Notes under the pieces: model-generated
What the model saw: only the letters and a program-made list of their open reading frames with translations
The model's database searches: none
Told to the model about the DNA's origin: nothing
Translations under genes and position numbers: made by a program
NCBI GenBank assembly: GCA_950097015.1
Contig: CATNEN010000001.1
Coordinates: 22,072,001 to 22,136,000 of the forward strand
Length of the DNA stretch: 64,000 bases
Direction of reading: 5' to 3'
From: Macrostomum hystrix
Lineage: Eukaryota > Animalia > Platyhelminthes
Shown here: positions 49,502 through 59,189 of the stretch, in pieces
How positions within the stretch are numbered: the stretch's first letter is position 1
Layout of the letters: each line of letters opens with the position of its first letter

Positions 49502-50101
49502 CTGCAATTCGAGATTCGAGATACCCACTGCCTACTTGGCTCTCAAACCAAATGACCGATTTTCGTGAAAAACTTCCATCTGAATCAAAATTTTCCGCCC
49601 TTTACGAAGAACCAACTTTCAAGGCCATCCAAGTCAGCATCGTCGAGATATTCAGCGATTCCTGTCGGAGTCCCTGGTGACAAGGACAGCTGACATTGCT
49701 CTGCATAAACCTCTATGGTGATATCGGTTCAAAAACGAAAAAATCAACAATTTAATCAATATAAACTAGTCAATAATGATAGCCGACATGGTTACATGAT
49801 GAAATTCTGTTATCAAAAAGAATGGGACTATGTTTTTTGTTTTTTTCCAGCGGACACCCCGACTAGAATCGTTGAATATCTCGACGCTGCCGATGTTCTG
49901 TGATTCTGGAATTTGTTCTGGACTTTCATGACGGTTTTTTTTAATATTTTGGAAGATACAGGAAGAAGAAATTGAAATTTGAAATACCCCCGTATCTTTT
50001 TACTCTTGAACAACTTCGAATTAAAGTAGCCATATTAAAAAAAAACTTGGGCGTTACAGAGACCCGTATTTACAACTTTATATGAGTACGCAGCTACATT
50101 T

Positions 50102-50467
50102 GGGGTTCGGTGGCAGAGCGGTTAACGCGTTTGCCTCTCGCACCGAGGTCCCTAAGTTCGATTCCACGGCGAGGCCGCATTCATTTGGGGCGCAGCCGCT
50201 GAGAGAAGGCTTGGGGGCTTGTCGTGCAATTTACGCCCTTGAGGGCCAACCTCCAAGGCACAGTGAAATGTACACTGCCTGACGATGAGAAAGTCAGGGC
50301 AGATGTACACACCTGTGTGAGCGTGTGCCTGCGTACAGTATCTGTGTGCGTGTGTGCTCAGGAGTCAGCGAAATGGGCACAATTTCCTCCTCGCTGGCTG
50401 CGGGTCTACTGTCACCAAATGGTGTGCCATTTTCCGCAGCCCTCCTGCAATTATTATTATTATTATA
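50102..50467 (+). mobile_element. SINE family 1, apparently full-length (~365 bp) tRNA-derived SINE
   Basis: A box TGGCAGAGCGG, B box GTTCGATTCC, (ATT)n tail at 50450-50467. Three further copies are in the window. Confidence 0.88.
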
Positions 50468-51287
50468 ACGCTGCTAAATTGAACTCACTTTTAAAGCTTC
50501 CGAAGGCGAGAGTAAAATTTGGCAATAGGTTGTCTTGATTTCTGTTTGAAAATAATTGTTCTCTAAGCCGACCAAAACTGGCACCGCATTTTATAGACTT
50601 TTTCTTGGGTAGAGAATAAACAAAATTTTTTTCGGCAGTAAATTCCTGCCTAAACTGGCAAGCAGTTTGCAGAACCAGACTGGTTGTGCGCTATTCCCCC
50701 GGTGACGCACATGCTTCACATCTGCTTGCCAGAGCTCATTCAAGCTCCAATTACCACCCTCAGCCTGTGTTACCCCACCCGGTCTGTGCCGCAAAACTCA
50801 GTATTGAGTCCTGTGCTCATTTTGTCTGAAATAGTTTTTTATGTTGTTGTTGCCGGATGAGCCGCTGTACTAATGGACGACCATTCGCTCGTATATACGC
50901 TGCTAGCAGTCATCTGGAAGCGGAAATACGATAGCATGCACAGTTGTCTGGTCAGTTGATTGATTGCGATCTGCACCAATATGAATAGCACATTGTTTTG
51001 ACATTGTCAATTGATCTCCTTCAATTGCTTTAACTTCGAAACCGAAGCAGTGTAGATTTCACTATTGATCGACTTATTTAACTTCAAGCAATTAAACAGA
51101 TGTGCTGCTAAAGTGCTTGAACTGTTCCATTAGATTGCCTGCTTCCCTTGGTACTTGCAGATGCTTAGGGATTGTTTAAATTAATCGATGAACTCGTTGC
51201 CAAGGATCAGCGACCTACGGCCCCCCGCAAGCCAACTGCGGCCTTCAAAGCCACAGAAATCGGCCCCTAACAATTCCCGAAACAAAA

Positions 51288-52260
51288 TCTCATCTCTCCC
51301 ATGTCTCATCTCTCCCGTCTCATCATCCCGTGTCTCATCTCTCCCATGTCTCATCTCTCCCGTCTCATCATCCCATGTCTCATCTCTCCCATGACTCATC
51401 ATCCCGTGTCTCATCTCTCCTGTGTCTCATCTCTTCCATGTCTCATCTCTCCCGTCTCATCATCCCGTGTCTCATCTCTCCCGTCTCATCATCCCGTGTC
51501 TCATCTCTCCCATGTCTCATCTCTCCCATGTCTCATCTCTCCCGCCTCATCTCTCCCATCTCATCTCTCCCATGTCTCATCTCTCCCGTCTCATCATCCC
51601 GTGTCTCATCTCTCCCATGTCTCATCTCTCCAGCCTCATCTCTCCCGTATCATCTCTCCCGTGTCTCATCTCTCCCGTCTCATCATCCCGTGTCTCATCT
51701 CTCCCATCTCATCTCTCCGTATCATCTCTCCCATGTCTCATCTCTCCCAAGTCTCATCTCTCCCATGTCTCATCTCTCCCGTCTCATCTCTCCCATGTCT
51801 CATCTCTCCCATGTCTCATCTCTCCCGTCTCATCTCTCCCATGTCTCATCTCTCCCATGTCTTATCTCTCCCATGTCTCATCTCTCCCATGTCTCATCTC
51901 TCCCATGTCTCATCTCTCCCATGTCTCATCTCTCCCATGTCTCATCTCTCCCGTCTCATCTCTCCCATGTCTTATCTCTCCCATGTCTCATCTCTCCCAT
52001 GTCTCATCTCTCCCGTCTCATCTCTCCCATGTCTCATCTCTCCCATGTCTCATCTCTCCCATGTCTCATCTCTCCCATGTCTCATCTCTCACATGTCTCA
52101 TCTTTCCCATGTCTCATCTCTCCCGTCTCATCTCTCCCATCTCATCTCTCCCGTATCATCTCTCCCATGTCTCATCTCTCCCATGTCTCATCTCTCCCAT
52201 GTCTCATCTCTCCCATGTCTCATCTCTCCCATGTCCCATCTCTCCCGTTTCTCATCTCTC
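51288..52260. repeat. 14-16-bp minisatellite (ATGTCTCATCTCTCCC)
   Basis: Direct tandem period. Confidence 0.96.
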
Positions 52261-52327
52261 CCTGAATAGTACAAGTAGCGATTTCTGATAGGAAAATTTT
52301 CATCCCGAAACTGTTGTCAGCCACAAA

Positions 52328-52525
52328 ATGCACGCGCTGCTGCTGCTGCTGCTGTCTCTCCTGATGCACTGCATCATGGCAACTGGTTTGCTACTCAGCT
52401 TCAACAACATCGGTTGCTGCCATGAGTCAAATCCCAGGGACCTGGGCGGACTGGCCCGAAAGAATCACATTGAGGTCTATCGGGTCTGCAATAGTGCAAA
52501 TGTTTCTCAAGTCAGGCTTAACTAA
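52328..52525 (+). pseudogene. Truncated WSC-domain gene paralogue (signal peptide plus WSC N-terminus)
   Basis: MHALLLLLLSLLMHCIMA is followed by FNNIGCCHESNPRDLGGL, which parallels FNYVGCFVDFAGGVRDLDGL of the neighbouring gene. The rest of the domain is not found. Confidence 0.5.
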
Positions 52526-52937
52526 ATCTGTCAATGGCTCAGGTGACAGACAGTACTTCACGATCCTCGGCTGCGTTTCATCCGAATTCAGCTCCTCAGT
52601 CCAGCCAATGAGATCTTAAAATTTCGGTATTAGATACGATTACGAGTGAGGACGCTTAGGCCTGTGACCATCGACTAAAAAATCAAATTTTACATGTGCA
52701 AGAAGCAATACGGTCTAACGTACTTTCTCGTTACTCATTCGGTTTCTTAGAAATATTGTGCACTGAGTCGCTTCAATAAACGACAAAAACCTGACTTTCC
52801 GAGACCACAAAGATTTAGTCTGCTACGCAGATTTGTGCTACATCTGTGAGGGCTACAGCTTTGTGCCTAATGGAACTGACATTATTCTCTTCATTCGATT
52901 GCCTGCTGAATGCAAACTACTTGATTTCTGTCAGCCA

Positions 52938-53777
52938 TCAGACCCGCAAGAACAGCTGCCAGTCGTCAGGGACACTTGCAGCCGAGGCAGCAGCAGCTTG
53001 CTCAAACGGCAGCAGCCGGCATTGTCGCTGCCTCGGCGAGAAGACAACGCCTCCGCAGCCGACGGAGCTGAAGATGCAGCTGTTGACGCAGCTGAAGACG
53101 GACGCAGAACCCACCAATGTCCCATTGATAGTGCTGTTTAAGCTGTATGGCGGCCTTGTCACCAGATCAAAAATCTCAACGTCTGTTGGGCGAACGAAAT
53201 TGAGAAATTTATCCGATAGTAATTAACCCGCACATGTCACGAGCTCTAAAGCTGACCAAAATACTTATACGACTCACATTGACGCTCACAGACCTGCCGG
53301 TAGATGGAGTTGAAACCATTCGCGCCGCACACCTAAGCATTCGAAGGGTTTCATAGAGATCTTGCAATAAGTCTACCATGAGCTAATATTTTCAAGGAAA
53401 CGTTACAAGCTCGTAGTACATATGCTCTGGTGCCAGCAGCTCAAGCACCTTACCTCGGATGGCTGGCCTGAGCACGGTGTGCTGCAATTGCTGTCACTCA
53501 CAGCCGCACCCTGAGAGCCGTAGCCATTGCCGCAGAAGCACTGGTTGCCGAACTGCACGCCAAAGTACAGATAAGTGCAGGAGCTGGAGCAGAACTGGTT
53601 GCACAGCTGCAGGCTCATGTTCGAAGAGGCGAACGACAGTCCGTCCAGATCGCGAACCCCTCCAGCGAAGTCCACAAAGCAGCCGACATAGTTGAAGCCT
53701 GTAAGCCTCACATTCGAGGACTTTGCTGTGGAGAAGCAGGCACTGATTGCAAGCCAGTGGAGCAGCAGAGCAAACAT
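52938..53777 (-). CDS. Secreted WSC-domain + PAN/apple-domain protein, 3 exons
   Basis: Exons 53777-53454, 53332-53278 and 53182-52938 join in frame. Signal peptide; WSC (YVGCFVD..RDL..MSLQLCNQFC..YFGVQFGNQCFCG..CSTPCSGQPSE|VCG); PAN-type SVFSCVNSCIFSSVGCGGVVFSPRQRQCRL. Confidence 0.88.
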
Positions 53778-54790
53778 TGCCGGATAGCCCGGCTTCAGAA
53801 CTCTACCTCGGTCTGTCAGATTTCTGTTGTTGCTTGAGTTGGTCTGCTCTCAACAGCTAAATACCCAAATCTCTAAGCGCCCAGTTCATAGTATTCTTGT
53901 TTATAGCGGTTTCTATGGATCACATTTTAGGCTTTAGAGTTTCTGAGCAAAGGCTTTATCAACTTCAAAGGATACGGCCCGGCAAGAGCTTAGTATCATG
54001 TTCGATGGGGAAGATGCAACAAGGATTTGTTTTAACATCTGCATTCGGAAGCTTTTTTAAGTTTTTTGGAGTATTTGTTTATTCTCGACAAAAAGTATTT
54101 GAGAACAATAGTATCTGAAGAGTGGTGTTTTTTCTTTGGTCTTTTTTGTTTGTTTTTTGTTTCAGCGATAGCATTCTTGAAGTTAATTAGCAAAAAATGT
54201 TGGGCTTATTAGCAAATATGGAGCACGAAGGCCCAGCGCCACTGCAGGGACTTAAAGAGGTCTACCGAAGTTCGAATCGAGTGTTGCAGATTCTTACCTT
54301 TGCTCTGTGACCTGATTAAAAGAAAGGACGTTAAAATTTGAATTGCAGTGATTGTAGAGAAGAGTTTTGCTCCAAAAAAAGTTTATAATTGTCAATTCAG
54401 AATTTAGAATGGACTTTGCTTTGAGAAGTGTGCTCAACCTGAGTTGATGAGCACTGTTAGAAAAAAAGAGTTCTTAAGGCCTGACTGTGCTAAATATAAT
54501 TTCTTTACTTTTTAATGCCAAACTATTGTTTTGTCACCAGAGCTTTTTTAGAGCCTGTGTTTCTTTCTAGCTTCTTTTGGATTCCTGCTGAGCTGCACTT
54601 CTGAGAAGTCCCATTCTAGTAGTAACACTCCATGAAATGAAATAGATATATAACTTTCCTTGGCAATGGACAGCATTTGAATTCTTAGGAGAAAGTTAAC
54701 ATTCGATTGTTTTTGCTTATTGAGATGTTTAGCTTTAGAAAGCTTTAGAAGCTTTAGATTTAGAAATATTTTACTGTGCATTTCCATAGG

Positions 54791-55414
54791 TATCAAGCCG
54801 TCTGTAATCACTGATTTTCTCACCTGCCATCGCCGCTGTTCTCGCCTGGACTCCGGCCAACCTTGCGCAGGCCTCTCTCCGTTGAACTTCTTCAGCATGC
54901 ACAATGACTACGGTAGGATCGAAATTTTCAACGCTCTTTACACCTGGAAAATCTTCGTCCACAGGCGCCACGCTTCTTTTATGGAGATTAGAATCGGAAA
55001 TTTCCGACATTGTGACGGGTGGCGACTCCAGGCGTAGAGCAAAGTGAGTAATAAGCTAATTAGCTAAACCAGCAACCAGCAACCAGCTCAAAAAATCCCA
55101 ATCTTGATTTCCGCAAGTCTTTGTATCCTCAAGCAGCAAACCGATGCGTTCAAGCGCAAAACATGTGAAAGAATGCAAAAGACTTGCTTTGTATCGACTT
55201 TCAGGCTGACCTCCAGTCCGAACAGCCGCTGCTCGAGCTGCTGAAACCTTTGACAGGGCCGCGGAACTGGATGCTCCGCTGCCCAGACATTTCCTTTATC
55301 AGCGCAGGCCTGATTCGAATGCAAATTTGTCGCTTCAAGTCTGACGCCACTCGCCCACCGCTTCCGGACCAGACAAACAGGAGCTCTGCCGGGCCGAGGC
55401 GCCCTGAAAACTAG
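54791..55414 (+). pseudogene. Possible exon remnants of an unidentified gene
   Basis: Two GC-richer segments bounded by plausible splice sites (tttccatag at 54790, gtgagt near 55044, ctttcag at 55204), with an in-frame stop. No family recognised. Confidence 0.25.
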
Positions 55415-55499
55415 TCTCATGGGCGCCACGACCACTCCGAGGACGCGGACCCAGTCTGGGGAAAAGCCGCGGGAGCCGCAGCGTCAGGCAGACATGGCA

Positions 55500-56102
55500 A
55501 GGACCCGAAACCCATCCGCAGAACAATCCGCACTGACCTGCTGCGGCAGCCCCGCCTTCGGCTCTAGAACTGATCCAGAACTGATCGGCTCTAGCACCAC
55601 TGAATCGCGGCCTCATCCAACCTTGCGCATGCAGTGGACGTCGCCAATTCGGGCATTATCCTCCTTGAATACTAGCGTCCGCAGCAGCACCTCCTGCACC
55701 GGTGCTGCTGCGGACTTTCTATTTCTAAATATCTCTTTGAAAACTCCTTGAATACGCAGATGTGCGGTGCGAATGGTTTCAACTCCATCTACCGGCAGGT
55801 CTGTGAGCGTCAATGTGAGTCGTAGAAGTATTTCGGTCAGCTTTAGAGCTCGTGACATGTGCGGGTTAGTTACTATCGGATATATGTCTGAAATCGTTCG
55901 CCCAACAGACGTTGAGATTTTTGATCTGGTGACAAGGCCGCCATACAGCTTAAACAGCACTATCAATGGGATATTGGTGGGTTCTGCGTCCGTCTTCAGC
56001 TGCGTCAACAGCTGCATCTTCAGCTCCGACGGCTGCGGAGGCGTTGTCTTCTCGCCGAGGCAGCGACAATGCCGGCTGCTGCCGTTTGAGAAAGCTGCTG
56101 CT
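55500..56102 (+). pseudogene. Inverted partial duplicate of the WSC-PAN gene
   Basis: 55760-56102 is a near-identical reverse complement of ~52990-53332 (exon 2, intron, most of exon 3). Upstream EQSALTCCGSPAFGS and STSCTGAAAD look like a decayed WSC exon. It is truncated abruptly at 56102. Confidence 0.75.
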
Positions 56103-59100
56103 GATATACTTTTAATGTTATCTTCTCTATATGTTGCTCTCTAACTCTCTGTCTTAAATATGTATATCCTTTGTTGAGTCAATGAGCGGCAAGTTCAACT
56201 CAAGTTTCCAGCGGTGTTACACATTCTCTCAGGTGTTATATTTCCAATCGTATTACTGGTGTTGTTCAAGCAATGCACAATGATGGTGAGCAATCAGAAT
56301 ACTAAGTAAGAAGCAGTCAGGAACGTGGTACTTATCAGATTCGTCGAATATTCAGCAGTTCAAGGCTAAGGCCTGTTGTCTATATGATTGAGTCCGTAGT
56401 CTGGTTGACTATTATAACTTTAGATTGATTTGCTAGCGAGGCTAGGAGTTGGAAGAAGCTAAGGTAGTGGGAAACGGTAAGTTGACTGCCCAAGTGACAG
56501 CTAAAAATTTTACCTGTGTATTTTTGTTCTCACTATAATCTCTCAGGTGTCGAATGAATCCAATCAAGAGAATAATGTCAGTTTTACTGTAAAGGTTTTT
56601 CTGTAATAAATAATTTTGGGTAAATCAATGTTGAATAAAACACTAGCTAAGTTAAAACAAACGAAACAATTAAACAAAAACTTGATGTGGAGTGTACTTC
56701 GGAATCGAGTGGGGTTGTGAGCCAGCCAAATTTTTCCATTTTTAGCAAGTTAATAATCGCGACCCACATAGCAGCTGGCCGCAGAACACCATCATTAATC
56801 TTAGGGCCAGACTTGGGGCGGAGGTGAATTAAGTAGCCGCCGATTCCCCTTGTCTCGGATCTGTCTAGTCCCCTGTAGAAGTGACTGATCGCGGCCATAG
56901 CAATACTGTATGGACTAGTTTAGGTCATAATTCCCCTCCAAACCGCGATCAGATTGTCGGGATCACTCATGCGTCTAGAGTGAGCATTAATTCTTCATGT
57001 CCCCTTTCTTTACTGTAACCCGAGCCGAAGCTCGATTATGAACTTTCCCCCTTTAGATACATGTAACGACACTATAGGCAGGTCGGCGCCTGCGCTTCCC
57101 ATATCCCGGCGGGATCACAATCATTGGCCGACTGCCGGCAGACGCTCCTAGTGGGGCATCTGGCGATTCTCGCCGCCGCTTCAGTGGGCAATTGGGGTGG
57201 CATAATGCCGACCCGATTCCTCGCTGACAGGCTGGCGAGCATGTGGGTTGCTTTGATGAATGCGGGGTTGACGGAGCTGCAGGACTATTTAAGAAAGCGC
57301 GCTGCGCTGCCCCTAGGACAACCTTCCTCCCTTACAACCTTTTTCCCTTGTCCGGTCCCGGAACTCGGTCCGTGGACTCTCCCCCTTCTAGGCTAGCACC
57401 TAGTCCCTGAGCCTAAGGCTCCAGATCATAGCAGCAGGCAACTACCTGCTAGCGCCCTTAAGCGCAAGCCACCTCCTTAGGTGCGCTCCAAATTGAGCCT
57501 TGAGCTCCCTGCAGTCTGGCCCCTTGCCAACTGTACTCAGTAATCCCTCACCTATTCCCCTGTTCATTTGCATTCCCCCGCGAGATCGACGGCCTGCAGT
57601 GAAGTCAGTCAGCAATTACCCGATAAGATAAGTAACCCGCGCAGCGGACTCTTATTGCTATCCCTAAGGGATCTTTACTTAGCTAGTGGGCAATAAGGGC
57701 GAGGGCAGGGATTTGTTTTTAGCCTAATAAACCATTTATTACTTGACTGCCACTTTTAATAACTTAGGCCAATTTTATAACAACTTAAACCCTTTTTACT
57801 ATGCATTTCACTTTCTCTTATTTTATCGCTAGACAGCCCTCGATCATGAGTGGCTAACTTATTAGGGGGTGGGCTCTGGCGATGCCTAGCTGAAAGCTGC
57901 GGCAGGAGGACAACTGTGAGCGCGCATGAAAGTAATAAGGAGCTAGGGATTTGCGAGTAATATGCGGAGCGTAGCATGTGTTTCTCTGCTAGGGGTGGGG
58001 AAATTCCTTGGCGGGTTTTTCCTCTCTTTCTGGCGGATCAAGGAGTGCGTGTCAACCTCCCTTGTCAATTAAGTTTCCCTTTTGTTCCCCGCCTCTCGCT
58101 GCCGCCGCCATGGGAGCGAGGGGTGTGATCCAATAATCATCGCTTGCATAATCACTCAGCCAGTGTTCTGCTCAATCTCTCCTGCCTCTGATTTCCTCAT
58201 CTCACACAGATTCGGATTTGCTAGTTATTTAATGTGTAGGCTGCAATCTAATGTAAGGAATGTGCCTGATGTTTCATGAGTAGGATTCCGGCTATGGGTT
58301 TCTCATTCGAGTTCGGAGTACCACCTCTCTAGACCACTGTAGCGCAGTTTCAGGAATCCCCTGTTGAGGCGTGTCTCGATTCATTCTGGGGTCTTCGCCC
58401 TAGTCTAAAACGGAAGTTACAGAATGCCCTATTTTTCGGCTTGTCTGAGATCTGTGTGACAAACTAGGAGCTGTGAACTCCGGGGACCCAAGTTCCCAAA
58501 TGTCTGCGGTGGCAACGTAGGCGCATTGGGTGGTGGCGCTACCCTAGATCATTTTCCGCTTTGCCAATAGCCTTTCCGCATTTCTAAGACAAGAGCCTGG
58601 GCCGAATCGACCACTGCTACCGCTGTTAAGAGTCAGTTATGAACATGCTACTGATGACAGTAGGCTATCTAGCCCTGTCCTACCTGCTTGCGGGTAGTCC
58701 GATATCTCTTTAGACTTTAGCCGGTTTCGAGCACTGCTTGGGGTAGGCACGGCAGTCACGCCTGTGGCCTATGGGTTGAGTGGGACTGGCCAGCCTGAGG
58801 CCGAGAGGACCACTCCCTGCATCCACTGTCTCTCCCTTCATCTCTCCCTTCATCCCTCTCCCCGCGATAAATCGCGAGGCTTTGCGGTACGACTCCTAGC
58901 TCTATCGCCATTCCCACACTCCCTTTCTCTCTTGAGGACAGGTCATCGGATTGCAAAACCCGCACCCACTTCAAACTAGCAAAATAAATAGTAGATCGAG
59001 GCATCAAAGCTTTTGGCTTTGATTATCCAATCAAAGCTAAGTAATCGACGCTTGAAACAAAAATAAAAAACAATGTGCCAAGCCAACCGTTGGCAGCTTC

Positions 59101-59189
59101 AATGACAGTTCAAGCCAGTTTAGATTTTCATGACTTTAGAATGCACTGATTCCTACAGTTTATCTAGGTAGGCTGCTCTACGCTGCTTC

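Noticed and set aside
49495-49550. Spliced-leader-donated AUG for the ATG-less Cys-rich gene
   Set aside because: The best acceptor (ttgcag at 49502) is phase 1, so a leader ending in AUG would be out of frame. Only a weak upstream AG fits, and an unlocated cis exon is simpler.
50102-50175. tRNA gene (also 30060-30130 and ~1400-1460)
   Set aside because: A/B boxes are present but the acceptor and anticodon stems are incomplete. The first two continue into dispersed SINE bodies, and the 1400-1460 segment is too degenerate to call.
50278-50298. Hammerhead ribozyme or SECIS element in CTGACGATGAGAAAGTCAG
   Set aside because: No stem II between a CUGANGA and a GAAA core, and no SECIS GA quartet geometry. 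It is a plain hairpin.
51301-52288. Three ~300-aa ORFs
   Set aside because: All three frames of one minisatellite.
55613-56017. 134-aa minus-strand ORF (and its mirror 52846-53226 +)
   Set aside because: Antisense to the WSC-PAN exons, whose splice sites and Cys pattern define the coding strand.
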